Origin: Candidatus Pacearchaeota archaeon
GTDB lineage: Archaea; Nanobdellota; Nanobdellia; Pacearchaeales; GW2011-AR1
Assembly (NCBI GenBank): GCA_018303945.1
Contig: JAGVXD010000001.1
Coordinates: 2,877-66,876 of the forward strand
Direction of reading: 5' to 3'
DNA: 64,000 nucleotides
Part shown: positions 38,763 to 50,400 of the stretch, in pieces
Layout of the letters: each line of letters opens with the position of its first letter
Numbering within the stretch: the first letter of the stretch is position 1
Translations under genes and position numbers: made by a program
Notes under the pieces: generated by a model
What the model was told of the DNA's origin: nothing
Databases searched by the model: none
What the model saw: the letters and a program-made list of their open reading frames with translations, nothing else

Positions 38763-40967
38763 TTATTGATTTTCTGCCAGACCTTTTCTTTGTCTAATTT
38801 TTGTAATTAGAGAAGGCTGCAATTCGCCTGGAAGTTTCTGGAATTCTTGGTCCATAAGACTTGAAACGCCTCTTCCTTCTGTAGAACTGCGAAGGTCGTT
38901 GCTCCATCCAATCATTTCAGCGACAGGGATTTTAGATTTTATTACAGTATCCGAGCCTTCTTGCTGTACATCAATTAATATACCTCTTTTACTGCCTACA
39001 AGCTGTGTAACTGCCCCCATGAAATCCACAGGCACTTCAATTTGATGTGTTTGTATTGGTTCAAGAATAATAGCTCCTCCGCGTTTGATGCAGTCATGCA
39101 TTGCCTGTCGTACTGCAGGATATATTTGAGCAGGACCTCGATGCATATGATCAACGTGAATTTTTGCATCATGCAAAATTATCTTTGTTTTCATCATTGG
39201 CTCTTTTGCCAGCGGCCCTCCATCTACTACTAATTTCCATCCATCCATAATTGATTCAATAATCTCCGGAAGCAAAACCAAACCTCGTGTTCTATCTTGA
39301 AAGACATTTCCTTTGTAAATTTCCCTGTACTGTCTAGCTTCTTCATTTGAAATTCCAAGTTCAGACAACTTATTCCATACATCCTCTGCTTTTTTCTTTA
39401 GCCGTGTTTCCGGAAGAACTCCGTTTTGTATAGCATTATATATATCATTCTCAAGCGGCTCCATGCTGAAGTAAAAGATGTTATGTCCGTTAGGCGTTCT
39501 TACTTCAAGCTCTCCGCTGTCTTTTGCTATGCTCTCACGATAAACGACAATTGGTGATCCGGTTTTAACTTCAAGGCCCTTTTCATTCTTTATTCTCCCT
39601 TCTATAATTTCAAGATGTAATTCGCCCATGCCAGAAAGAAGGTTCTCTCCAGTTTCTTCGTTTATTTCAATTTTGATGCTCGGATCTTCTTTGCCAACTT
39701 TTCTTAATACTTCAATTAATTTAGGCAAATCTGCAGATCGTACAACTTCAATAGACTTTGTAATGACTGGCTGGAAAATATGCTTAATTTCTTCAAAGGG
39801 CATTTGCTCATTTATAGTAATTGTATCTCCTACATCAGCATTAAGACCGACAAGAGCAAGAACGTTTCCCGCAGGCACTTGCTCAAGCTGTTCAGGTTTA
39901 ATACCATTATAGACTAGAACTTGCTGAATACGGGTTTTCTTTTTGGCGTTGTTAGCATAAACTTCAGCCCCATTAACAATTGTGCCTGAATATAATCTTC
40001 CTGCCGCAATTTCCTTTCCTGAACGCTTATCTATTACTATGTTTGTAATGACGAAAGCTACTTCTCCATTTCTGTCGCAATTAATTAAACTCTGCCCAAA
40101 TGCACTTTGAATGTCTCCCTTCCATATCTTAGGAATTCTATATTTCTGTGCATCTACAGGATTTGGGAGATGTTTTACTGCCATGTCAAGAATAACTTCA
40201 TTCAGTGGAGCATTTTCCCATACCCATTTCTTGCGCTGCTCTTCTTCCATTTCATAAATTTTATAGATGTCCCTGAAACTGACATTTTTCTTTTTCATGA
40301 AAGGTAAAGAAAGAGCCCAATTTTCCCTAGCTGAACCAAATGCTACGCTTCCATCAGCAACGCTTACTTTCCATTTCTCCTTATACTCCGGCTCTGCAAT
40401 TTGCATGATAAGATTGTTAAAGTTATTTATTAGCTTCATAAAACGCTCTTGCATTTGTTCAGGAGTCACTTTTAGCTCTTTTATCAGTCTGTCTACTTTA
40501 TTTATGAACAAAACAGGCTTGACGCGCTCCCTTAATGCCTGTTTAAGCACTGTTTCAGTCTGAGGCATTATTCCTTCAACGGCGCAAATAAGAACGAAAG
40601 TACCGTCAATAGCTCTCATGGCTCTTGTAACATTTCCTCCAAAATCAACGTGCCCAGGAGTGTCAATAAGATTAATTAGATATTCCTCTCCCTGATATTC
40701 ATGAGCCATGGATACATTCGCAGCGTCAACAGTCATTAATCTTTCCTGTTCATCGGCATGTTGCCAGGTAGTCATTCCCTCCTCTAAATCTCCTGCATTT
40801 TTAGATGCCATAAGTCCTGCTGCCGCCAGAAGATTATCTGTAAATGCAGTCTTCCCATGGTGAATGTGCGCAGACGTTGCTACGTTTCTTATTGATTCCT
40901 GCTTCGACGTTAGTCGCTGAATCTTCTGCAAACTTGTTTCTTTTTCTACCATAGAATAAAAGCTCAT
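38763..40967 (-). CDS. fusA: Translation elongation factor EF-2
   Basis: AHIHHGKT, DTPGHVDF, NKVD, GMGELHLE, HRGPAQ. The start may be MVEKE at 40952. Confidence 0.97.
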   Translation of the reverse strand: MSFYSMVEKETSLQKIQRLTSKQESIRNVATSAHIHHGKTAFTDNLLAAAGLMASKNAGDLEEGMTTWQHADEQERLMTVDAANVSMAHEYQGEEYLINLIDTPGHVDFGGNVTRAMRAIDGTFVLICAVEGIMPQTETVLKQALRERVKPVLFINKVDRLIKELKVTPEQMQERFMKLINNFNNLIMQIAEPEYKEKWKVSVADGSVAFGSARENWALSLPFMKKKNVSFRDIYKIYEMEEEQRKKWVWENAPLNEVILDMAVKHLPNPVDAQKYRIPKIWKGDIQSAFGQSLINCDRNGEVAFVITNIVIDKRSGKEIAAGRLYSGTIVNGAEVYANNAKKKTRIQQVLVYNGIKPEQLEQVPAGNVLALVGLNADVGDTITINEQMPFEEIKHIFQPVITKSIEVVRSADLPKLIEVLRKVGKEDPSIKIEINEETGENLLSGMGELHLEIIEGRIKNEKGLEVKTGSPIVVYRESIAKDSGELEVRTPNGHNIFYFSMEPLENDIYNAIQNGVLPETRLKKKAEDVWNKLSELGISNEEARQYREIYKGNVFQDRTRGLVLLPEIIESIMDGWKLVVDGGPLAKEPMMKTKIILHDAKIHVDHMHRGPAQIYPAVRQAMHDCIKRGGAIILEPIQTHQIEVPVDFMGAVTQLVGSKRGILIDVQQEGSDTVIKSKIPVAEMIGWSNDLRSSTEGRGVSSLMDQEFQKLPGELQPSLITKIRQRKGLAENQ

Positions 40968-41119
40968 ACAAAAAAAGGTTTTTAAATCTTTACCCAGAGT
41001 TCTATATGATAAATATGAAAAAAAAAGTTAAATTTGCTGTAAAGTTACGATTGCTGAATTATAGAAAATTCTGTTGGATACAGAGAACTGCCCTTCCGTG
41101 AGCTATATGTAATGCAGTT

Positions 41120-41212
41120 ACAGAGAATTCTGATAATTTTACATTTTGCGGCAGAATTCTCTGGACGGAAAAATTCTGTTTATTGCATCATGTTCAGTAA
41201 AGAATTTTCCGT
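41120..41212. repeat. 93-bp dispersed element with terminal inverted repeats, copy 1 (MITE-like)
   Basis: ACAGAGAATTCT...AGAATTTTCCGT; highly similar to 52024-52116. Confidence 0.75.
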
Positions 41213-41235
41213 ATCCATATATCTAATATTTATTT

Positions 41236-42000
41236 ATGCAAAGAGAGCGCAGGCATAACATTTATATCAAAGTTATATCTTTAAATATTATGGTAATTAA
41301 AGCAGAAACTCTTTTAGAACAGAGAATTGACCACTTTCAGCGCTGGGAAGAAACAGAGAGATATAAGTTAGAATTAGAGGCTCAAAGAAGAAGAGCAAAA
41401 GATATGAATTTTCCGCATCAATATCTAAGAAGGGGAATATATGGCTGGCAGACATATTATGCCGGTGGGAAAGAGAACAAGTGGAAATATTTCTGGGAGT
41501 TAAGAGGAGACAAAGAACAAGTCAGGAAAATTATTGCTGAAAAATACGCAAATCTGGTTCGTAAAACAACAAATAATGAGAAGATAAATATGCTTGACAG
41601 AATATATGACCCAATCAATACAAGAAATAAAACTGTAACTTCTACAGCATATCAGGTAACGGTGGGAGAAAATGGTATGGTGCAGTATATACAGATAAAT
41701 TCGCCATTTAACCCTCAAGATTCTTTAGAACAAAGCTTGAGATATTTTGGGCATTTCTTTAATAATCAATATGAAAAATTCGTTATTGAAGCAATTAATG
41801 TTGATTGGGGAAGAAGAGTAGGGGTGCACCTAAAAGCTTATCATCCTTTAGATATAAAAAAGAGTGAGCTCCTTTATGAATGTGTTTGGCCAAAATCTAT
41901 TCCTTCATCCAATGAATTTGCCATGCTTGAGAGAGATTTCATTTCAATTCTAGATTCAAGACTCCTTCAAACTAAAGACACTATACATTATGCAGTTTAA
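41236..42000 (+). CDS. Hypothetical protein inserted between rps7 and fusA
   Basis: 254-aa ORF on the opposite strand to the str cluster; the start may be MVIKA. Confidence 0.65.
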   Translation: MQRERRHNIYIKVISLNIMVIKAETLLEQRIDHFQRWEETERYKLELEAQRRRAKDMNFPHQYLRRGIYGWQTYYAGGKENKWKYFWELRGDKEQVRKIIAEKYANLVRKTTNNEKINMLDRIYDPINTRNKTVTSTAYQVTVGENGMVQYIQINSPFNPQDSLEQSLRYFGHFFNNQYEKFVIEAINVDWGRRVGVHLKAYHPLDIKKSELLYECVWPKSIPSSNEFAMLERDFISILDSRLLQTKDTIHYAV

Positions 42001-42016
42001 TGAAATTAGATAAGTT

Positions 42017-42643
42017 TTATCTTGCAGAATCAGCTTGCTTTTCAGCCTCGTTTTTCTTGCTCATGGCATAGCTTTCCATGTTCGCTTGCGATGCCGCGAT
42101 TATTTCTGACGCAAGGGCATCAGACATATGTTTCTTCTTGCCGAATGATTTTGTATATGCGCCCTGAATCATCCAGCGAATAGCGAGATTAATGCGTCTT
42201 ATAGGGCTTACATCTACGGCTTGAGGATATCTTGCTCCGGCCTGTTCTATAACCGTAACCTCGTCTCTTGGAGAAGCATTTTCTATAGAACTTACAAACA
42301 CCTGCACAGGATTTTGTTTTGTTTTCTGTTCAATTAAAGCCAGTACTTCCACGACAGTTTTCATATTTCTATTATATTTCCCTGAACTCCAACTTGTGAT
42401 AATTTTGTGCTTCTTGCCAACATGCCCCGGAACTGCCAGTCTGTTCGCCAGTCTTTCTATTACGTTAACTTTTGTTGCACCTAAATTTTCAAAATTTCTT
42501 CTCCCGTGTGACTTTATCAATAATTTTGAGCGTACATTTAGATAGGGTTTAAGGGCCGCATCCTTAATCTCTATTTTTGAAACATCATACTTATCAAATA
42601 TCTTAAATTGAATATGTCCTTGCGTGTTAGAGTTTTCTGCCAT
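42017..42643 (-). CDS. rps7: 30S ribosomal protein S7
   Basis: NPVQV...IENASPRDE...AVDVSPIRR...EAEKQADSAR. Confidence 0.97.
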   Translation of the reverse strand: MAENSNTQGHIQFKIFDKYDVSKIEIKDAALKPYLNVRSKLLIKSHGRRNFENLGATKVNVIERLANRLAVPGHVGKKHKIITSWSSGKYNRNMKTVVEVLALIEQKTKQNPVQVFVSSIENASPRDEVTVIEQAGARYPQAVDVSPIRRINLAIRWMIQGAYTKSFGKKKHMSDALASEIIAASQANMESYAMSKKNEAEKQADSAR

Positions 42644-42644
42644 T

Positions 42645-43067
42645 TTATCTTCTGCCCTTTTCTATTTTGCCGGTCCATAGTCTGTGCAATGGCTGGTCAT
42701 TTACTTTAATTACCTGAAAACGTATTCCCGGAATGTCTCCCTTTGAACGCCCCATACGTCCGCCAATGCGTTCAATTATAACTTCATCATGTTCATCTAT
42801 AAACTTCTGCGCTAAATTTCCTGGAATAAATGCCCCCACAGCTATGCCATTCTTGATAAGCTGCACTTTGCAGCATTTCCTCATTGCAGAGTTAGGCTGT
42901 CTTGCTTCTTTTTGAAACTTAGATATGACTATGCCTTTCGCTTGTGAAGAACCTTCAAGTGGGTCTGCCTTCACCCGCAGTTTGAGCATTCTAGACTTAT
43001 ATACGCGCTGGCGCCACTTAAATTTGCGGCTGCTCTTCATCATTTTTCTTGCGCTCATCAATCCCAT
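42645..43067 (-). CDS. rps12: 30S ribosomal protein S12
   Basis: QAKGIV...[10 protein letters not shown]...GDIPGIRF. Confidence 0.97.
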   Translation of the reverse strand: MGLMSARKMMKSSRKFKWRQRVYKSRMLKLRVKADPLEGSSQAKGIVISKFQKEARQPNSAMRKCCKVQLIKNGIAVGAFIPGNLAQKFIDEHDEVIIERIGGRMGRSKGDIPGIRFQVIKVNDQPLHRLWTGKIEKGRR

Positions 43068-43145
43068 GTATTCTCGTGGAAAAATTGCTTTTTAAATCTT
43101 CTGGCTAAGAAGAAAAATATTTATATACCAGAATAAGCAAATTTC

Positions 43146-43508
43146 ATGGACGAGATTGATAAATTAGCTAATAGAATTCAGAATGAAACATTTTGGAGAA
43201 GAATAAAACTGACATCATTCAGAAATGCCTGCGAGCTTCTGAAAACTAGATTTGATATAGTGCCTTCTTTAAGCGATAAAGGGTTTATTCTAAGATACAT
43301 AACAGAATATTATAATGAACAAAGAGAAATAAGATTTTCAGAAAGATACGAAGCAGACCCTATGCTTGAAGCTATTGCAAAATATCTCATGATTCATTAT
43401 AATTTTAGAGATGTAGGGTTGATACATAAAATTCTCTACAATAAAGATGATATAAGTATAAACAAAAAATTAAGAGAATATAGACTGCAATTTGAAAGCA
43501 ATACTTAA
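43146..43508 (+). CDS. Hypothetical protein
   Basis: 120-aa ORF with its own TATA box, antiparallel inside the rpo-str cluster. Confidence 0.55.
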   Translation: MDEIDKLANRIQNETFWRRIKLTSFRNACELLKTRFDIVPSLSDKGFILRYITEYYNEQREIRFSERYEADPMLEAIAKYLMIHYNFRDVGLIHKILYNKDDISINKKLREYRLQFESNT

Positions 43509-43918
43509 ACAATCCTAAGCTCAATACCGAAAGTATCCTTCACTATTTGCTTAAGCTCTTCTTCTCTGCGCCTGTTTCTTCCTATTAATGCCGCCTTGCT
43601 TTGACTTCCAGCAGTCAGCACGAATTCGCCTTCCTTTAATTCCAGAGACTTAAAGTTTATAGGAGAAACAACTGCTTCGACAAAATGTTGTGCATCTTCT
43701 ATGTTTACAGCTTCCTCTATTATACGTATTCTTTTCCCTATCTGTTCCTGGATAGCCCTTACATGTGAAGCTTCAGGTCCAATAGCCTGCGAAACAAAAG
43801 CCTTTGGTACAGCAAAGATAATCGTATTATTGTAAGGAAAACATTTGCGCGTCTTGACATGGGAAGCTCTATCTAAAAGATTAATATATCTCATAGTTTG
43901 CATATTAATAATTGCCAT
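43505..43918 (-). CDS. nusA: Archaeal NusA (two KH domains)
   Basis: SQAIGP...KAALIGRN; located after rpoA. Confidence 0.9.
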   Translation of the reverse strand: MAIINMQTMRYINLLDRASHVKTRKCFPYNNTIIFAVPKAFVSQAIGPEASHVRAIQEQIGKRIRIIEEAVNIEDAQHFVEAVVSPINFKSLELKEGEFVLTAGSQSKAALIGRNRRREEELKQIVKDTFGIELRIV

Positions 43919-44043
43919 TTTAGTCAGTAGAATACTTTACGTGAAGACAACAAACGCATTAAAAACCTCACAAGTCTCATTTATCATTTCTTATTTTGAA
44001 AGTTTATAAATGTTTCCCCAAGCTCATCGTCGAGAAAGAGAAG

Positions 44044-47000
44044 TCATTCTTTTTTAGATTTCTTTTTGTCCAATTCCTTGTTTACTAAAGGTCCGGTAAC
44101 CTCAACTAGCAATCCAGGAAGTCCCGTGCCTACAGGAATAGCCTGATTTAGGAGAATGTTCTCTATAACTGACTTCAACTCATCTCGTCCGCCCTGTATT
44201 GTAGCATTAATGAACTGCTTGTCAGGTGTTTCAAATGTAGCTCTTGCAAGTATACTTGCTTTTTCAGATATAATTCCCATTCTTGTTACTCCTTTTACAA
44301 CCCCATTAGAAGTCATAGCATCGGCAAGAAGCTTTAGATGCCTTTCATTAATATCTAATCCTTGTGACTCTATGACTTTCTTAATTTCATTGACTATTGT
44401 CTGTCTTGCAGCTTCAATACCCAAGACATCAGCAGTATCATGAATGTCGTTTGATACAATCTTGTCCCTGTCAACTCCTTTAAATTCTCTTATTTCTTTC
44501 AAGTTGGAGCCGGCAGTCAGAACAACATAATCTCTTCCCCTTGTAACAACAACTACTTGCGATATTCCCTTTATTCCTGAAATTATTGTTTTCTTAAGTT
44601 TCTCCTTAAGTTTGTATATTTCCTTGAAATCTAATTCTGAAACATTGATGCTTATCTTAGTGTCATTGTTTCTCAATTTGAATCCTTTTTCCTCTAATCT
44701 CTCTGCTATTTTTTGCGGTCCACTATGGATAAGTTTAAGCGCTTTAGAATCAAGGATTATCTCAATTTTCTTGTTGGCAAAATCAATTGTTATTTCGTCT
44801 ATAATTTCCTGAAGAGTAACTTCTTTTATCTTCTCTGCTACGACTTTGGAGTCTTTTTCATTATTATGCTCCTTATCAAGGCATATCTCCATCATTGGAG
44901 TGGAGGGCTGTTTTCGGGCATCTAAAATTTCAATTAAACGTGGAAGTCCGACTGTAACTTGGAACTGGGAAACTCCTGCGTGATGAAATACTCTTAAAAC
45001 CATTTGTGTTGAAGCTTCTCCGAATGATTGGGCTGTAATAACTCCTATTGCCTCTCCTGGCACGATTTTGGAGTCCTTTAGATGAAGCTTTGCAACATCT
45101 TTTCCGTCATCTCCATATACAAATTGAATTATATTTTCTGAAGCATCTCTGACAGTTCCGTCATACTCCACTTTCAAATCCTGCAAGGCACTTACCAGTC
45201 TCCTGTAAAGATAACCGGATTTTGGAGTTCTAAGAGCAGTATCCATAAGGCTGTCTCTTCCAGTAATTGCTCCAAAGAAAAATTCGCTCGGTCTTAGTCC
45301 GTCTATATATGAAGATTTAATAAACCCTCTTGATTCTGGGCTCAAGTCTCCTTTCCTGAAGAATGAAAGCGTTCTTTCATTGTATCCAAAACTAATACGT
45401 TTGTTCCAGAGAGACTGCTGACCTACACAGCACGCCATTTGAGTAATGTTAAGCATGCTACCTCCAGCTCCAGGAGTTATCATTTTATTTATGTTTGCAT
45501 TTGACGGGAAGTTAGATTTGACAATTGCACCAATATCAGTTCTTACTTCATTAAGAACCTGAAGCACTTTTGTCTCCCGAGACTCTTCAAGAGTCTTGCC
45601 AGGCAGAGAAGACAAAGTCCTATCTTGATAATCTGATATAATTTGTTTAGTCTTGCGTTCTGCTTCTAACAATATAGCATCGCTCATCTCTTTTACTTTT
45701 TCTGAAACATTTAAATCGTTTACAGATAAAGTATATCCTTTTCTAGATAGATACAAAGCTCCAATAAGAAAAGATTTATAGATTGTATCTACAGTTTGCT
45801 CGCGCCCTATATCTCTATCCAATGTTTTTATAAGCGCCCCATCTTCAATTCCAAACGAATTACTGCTTATTATATCGGAACTAAATTTGCTTATTGCGCC
45901 TTTAGGAGCTACTTGGGTAAATAATTCCTTGCCGCTTATACTCTTGCCCTTGTGAGAATTAATTATTCCTGCAGAATAAAGCAACTGGTCTGCATCTGCC
46001 TTAGAAAATTCTTCCTTGCCTAACAAATAAGCTCCAGTGATAGAATCTGCAATGGTGCCTACAAGATTCATATTGTTCTTAGAAGAGATTATATTTGCAT
46101 CAACATTCAGAAGAACCTGTGCTTCAGAACGAGCTTCTTCAGTCTGCGGGCTGTGTATGTTCATTTCATCCCCATCATAGTCTGCATTATAAGGGGCAGC
46201 TGCGGCAGGATGAAGCCTGAAAGTTCTATGGGGCAGAACTCTTACATAATGAGCCATAAGGCTCTGTTTGTGCAAGGAAGGATGACGATTGAAGAGCACA
46301 ATATCTCCGTCTCTCAAATGTCTTTCTATTTTATATCCTGGTTGAATCTCTGAGCATAGTTCCTCTTTAAGTTCATCAGTGATGCGTTTTCTCTTTCCAT
46401 CGGATCTTACTACATAATTAGCTCCGGGATATTGTGTGCCTTTCCTTATCAACTCTTTCATTGATTCTAAGTTAGTAGTTGTCACTGTCTCTGCAACAGT
46501 TATAATTTTTGCAATTTCAAAAGGAACTCCAACTTCATTTATTTTTATGAATGGATCCGGGGAGACAACTGTGCGCGCAGAATAATTTACTCTCTTTCCT
46601 GCAAGGTTGTGTCTTATTCTGCCTTCCTTTCCTTTTATTCTTTCAGTTATTGTTTTAAGAGGCTGACCAGAACGATGTCTTGCCGGAGGTATTCTTGAGA
46701 CATTGTTGTCAAAGAAAGTTGTAATGTGATATTGCAGAAGGTCCCATAAGTCTTCAATTATAACTTCAGGTGCTCCTGCATTAAGATTTTCCCACAATCT
46801 CTGATTAGCTCTTATTATATCAGATAATTTATGTGTTAAATCATCTTCGCTTCTCTCTCCAGTGTCAAGAGTTATAGACGGCCTGACGGTCACCGAAGGC
46901 ACTAATAATAGAGAGATTACCGCCCATTCCGGTCTGCATGTTCTTGAGTTTATGCCTATTTTGCGAAGCTCTTCATCTTTAATATTTACAAGTCTTTCTC

Positions 47001-47490
47001 TTACTTCTATAGAACTCATGCGTTTCTTGCCGAGCATGAAATTGCTTGGCTTTTCAAGCTTGACACGCTCAAGTGTTTCGCTGCAATGCGGACATTTCTT
47101 TGCATCTCTCGCTTTCTTAGCCCTCATGCTTGTAGCATATTCCTTTTGTTTTTCATCGCTTAGAGTCAGCTTACCACAATGAGAACAAAAGCTCCTCAAA
47201 CAAAGTTCTATAAGGGGAATATATTTTATATGAAATACTGGGCGGGCGAGCTCGATACTTCCAGGATGCCCTATGCACTCTTTAAATCTCTGTCCACAGG
47301 TTCTGCATCTTACTCCAGGATCAATAGCTCCAAGACGTAAATCCATAAGCCCCCCATCTACCGGAAACCCATCAATATCATATAATTCAGGAGTTACTAC
47401 CTTTGCAGAGCTAAGTTTCTTTATATGTTCCGGGCTCAACAGGCTGAACTTCAAAGCCTTCACTTGTTTTCTGAAATATATGTCCTTCAT
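44044..47490 (-). CDS. rpoA: RNA polymerase fused subunit A'/A'' (Rpo1)
   Basis: GHPGSIEL, NADYDGD, KSGYLYRR, then directly PGEAIG...GLPRL...RATFE...GTG. Confidence 0.97.
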   Translation of the reverse strand: MKDIYFRKQVKALKFSLLSPEHIKKLSSAKVVTPELYDIDGFPVDGGLMDLRLGAIDPGVRCRTCGQRFKECIGHPGSIELARPVFHIKYIPLIELCLRSFCSHCGKLTLSDEKQKEYATSMRAKKARDAKKCPHCSETLERVKLEKPSNFMLGKKRMSSIEVRERLVNIKDEELRKIGINSRTCRPEWAVISLLLVPSVTVRPSITLDTGERSEDDLTHKLSDIIRANQRLWENLNAGAPEVIIEDLWDLLQYHITTFFDNNVSRIPPARHRSGQPLKTITERIKGKEGRIRHNLAGKRVNYSARTVVSPDPFIKINEVGVPFEIAKIITVAETVTTTNLESMKELIRKGTQYPGANYVVRSDGKRKRITDELKEELCSEIQPGYKIERHLRDGDIVLFNRHPSLHKQSLMAHYVRVLPHRTFRLHPAAAAPYNADYDGDEMNIHSPQTEEARSEAQVLLNVDANIISSKNNMNLVGTIADSITGAYLLGKEEFSKADADQLLYSAGIINSHKGKSISGKELFTQVAPKGAISKFSSDIISSNSFGIEDGALIKTLDRDIGREQTVDTIYKSFLIGALYLSRKGYTLSVNDLNVSEKVKEMSDAILLEAERKTKQIISDYQDRTLSSLPGKTLEESRETKVLQVLNEVRTDIGAIVKSNFPSNANINKMITPGAGGSMLNITQMACCVGQQSLWNKRISFGYNERTLSFFRKGDLSPESRGFIKSSYIDGLRPSEFFFGAITGRDSLMDTALRTPKSGYLYRRLVSALQDLKVEYDGTVRDASENIIQFVYGDDGKDVAKLHLKDSKIVPGEAIGVITAQSFGEASTQMVLRVFHHAGVSQFQVTVGLPRLIEILDARKQPSTPMMEICLDKEHNNEKDSKVVAEKIKEVTLQEIIDEITIDFANKKIEIILDSKALKLIHSGPQKIAERLEEKGFKLRNNDTKISINVSELDFKEIYKLKEKLKKTIISGIKGISQVVVVTRGRDYVVLTAGSNLKEIREFKGVDRDKIVSNDIHDTADVLGIEAARQTIVNEIKKVIESQGLDINERHLKLLADAMTSNGVVKGVTRMGIISEKASILARATFETPDKQFINATIQGGRDELKSVIENILLNQAIPVGTGLPGLLVEVTGPLVNKELDKKKSKKE

Positions 47491-50400
47491 ATTCTATCGT
47501 ATTTATTTTTTAATTCAAATGTCGTATAAATTCCAAGCCCCAGAAGCTCATCATACAATAGCTTAAAGGCGTATGAGATTTCTATAGGTTCAGATTCATT
47601 GCTGTTGCATAATGGGCAGGCAACTTTATTATGTATTACATCTTCATATACTAAACTTCCACATTGCTTGCATATATGAACTATAGTCTTGTCAGAGTCA
47701 TATCTTTCCTTAAGAAGAAGGGATGCTCCATGACCTGCAAGTGCTTGTTGCTCCATTTCTCCCAATCTTAATGCGCCTCCACGCGCTCTTCCTTCAATAG
47801 GCTGTCTGGTAAGCAATGCAACTTTTCCTGAAGCTCTCGCATGTATCTTATTCTTTACCATATATTTAAGCTTAAGATAATACATATTTCCAATGTAAAT
47901 TTTTGCTTCCATCTTCTTCCCGCTTATTCCATTATACATGACTTCTGTTCCGTCATAGCTAAAGCCCATTTCTCTAAGTTGTTGTTCTAACTCCTTGACA
48001 TTGCTCCCGGTAAAAGATGTTCCATCAACAATCCTTCCACTTATCGCTCCAGATTTGCCTGCAAGAAGCTCTATAAGATAACCTACCGTCATTCTGCTAG
48101 GTATGCCGTGAGGATTAAACATTAAATCTGGTTTTATTCCTTTGGATGTAAATGGAATGTCTTCCGAGTCTGCAATAAGTCCAACTACTCCTTTTTGTCC
48201 GTGAGGTGTGGAAAACTTGTCTCCTGGTTCAGGCAATCTTAAATCTCTTGTTCTGACTTGAGCAATCTTGTTTCCTTCTTGATCAGCCGTTATAAACACT
48301 GCATCAACTGTTCCTCTCTCTTCTTGACGAATAGCAGAACTTGCCTCCTTCTTCGCCTGTATGCTTATGTCTTTAGCTTCGCTAAGGAATTTTGGAGGAG
48401 TAACTTTTCCAATTATTACTTCTCCCTCATTCATGTCTGCTTCTGGATAAACTACCCCGTCGTCTTCTAAGAATCTGTAAGCTGCTTCTGTTCTGTATCC
48501 TGAAACATCCTTATCAGGAACTACAATCTCGTCTGCAAGCCCTCCAGCATATTGCAATTCAGTTGCAGTATAAGGTCTAAAGTATGTGCTTCTTCCCATG
48601 CCTCTCTCAACACTTGCCCTATTAAGAACAACAGCATCTTCCATATTGAATCCTTCAAAAGGCATTATTGCCACAACTATATTCTGTCCGGCAGGATATA
48701 CTTCAAGTGTGTCATAAACAAAACTTCTTACAATTGGCTTTTGTGGATAATGAAGGATAGAAACGTCTGTATCTAGTCTAACAAGATAGTTTGCAGAATA
48801 AATTCCCAAGCTTTGCTTTAAAGTCTTGCTTCCTCTGTTAAGACGTGAAGATTGGTCGTGATTTCCAAATGGAACTAGACTGGTGATTAGCCCGAAAAGG
48901 TCAATAGGGTGTATTTCCAGATGAGTATTTTCAGAAGTTATATTCTGCTGATTGAAAGCCACTAGAGCGTTTTCCTCTTCTGCCGCATCTATATATTCTA
49001 TAATCCCTTCTTTAACTAAATCACTCCATTTAAGTTTATTATTTTCTATGAGAAGAAGATGCTCATCTTTTAATTTGCTTACTCCGTTTTCAACAATGAT
49101 TATCGGCCTTAAAACCCTTCCAACTTCTGTAGATATGGTTACTTGATTTAGAAGATTATCGTTGCGGATGCTCATTTCACGCGGGAAAACTCCAACTCTT
49201 CTTTGGACTCTTACTTGTTTGGCAAAAGACTCCGGATCTTTAACAGAGCCTATAAATCTTCCATTGAAGAATACGTCAATGCCTTCTTCATGCTGCAAAC
49301 CACATTCTTCAAATTTCTTCATTACAGTTTGTTCGTCAAAAATCACTGCTGTTGATATTTTACTTAGAATTGCAAGATTTTTACGCAGTCCTATCTCAGT
49401 TCCTTCAGGAGACTCTGTCGGACAAAATCTTCCATAATGGGTAGGATGAAGAGTTCTTGCCATAAAGTTTTCCTGCTCTCCAGGAAGCATGCTTGAAACA
49501 CGCTGTAATTGAGAAAGCATTGCGAGATAATTAGTTTTGTCCATGTTTTGGGTAACTCCCGAACGTTCTCCAATCCAGCTTCCAGTTGCAATTGCACTCT
49601 CTATTCTGTGAGTAAATAAAGTTGATTTGGCTATAGTCTTAAGAGAATAAAACTTCTTTCTTTTAGCTATTTTTTGCAATGAATATTGTATATCTCTTAT
49701 TAATATTCCAATATTGACTCTAAAAAGATCCGACATTAAATCTCCGGAAAGTTTTATCCTCTTATTCGCATAATGGTCTTTGTCTGTTCGCAAAGATTTG
49801 TTTTCTTTAGCGTGCATATAAATATTTATCAATCTGCAGAGAGTAACTGCTTTTTCCGATCTAGCTGCTTTTCCAGTTCCTATATGCGGAAGGAGAAAGG
49901 AGTCTATCCTATCTTTTATTCTGTCAAGTATCTCTTTCTTTGTGCCTTGTATTCCTGCCTTTTCGGATATGAACAAAAGAGCATCTTCACTACTTTGTAT
50001 TTGTGCATACTCGTACAAATTAACAATTAATCCATCGTTTTCAAAACCTATTGCGCTGGCTATATCAGATTCCTTTGTCATTCCTAAAGCTTTGATTATT
50101 GGTATAAGTGGGATATTTTTAAGCCTGCTAAAACTTAATTCAATAATTCCTTCCCCCGTTTCAGAAATAGTGGTAGGAATACGATATGCTCCTCTCTGTG
50201 AAAACAATCTTAAAGTTAATCCTAATCTTCCTTCTTCAATGAAAGGTTGATTAGCCGCAAGATCCTCCGACATTACCATTACTCTCTCATTTCCATTTAT
50301 TATGAAATAACCTCCAGGGTCAAGAGGATCCATAAAATTAGCTCTTAATTCATCACGGTTCATTCCAGAGGTAGTGCATCCGGCACTTCTGACCATTATA

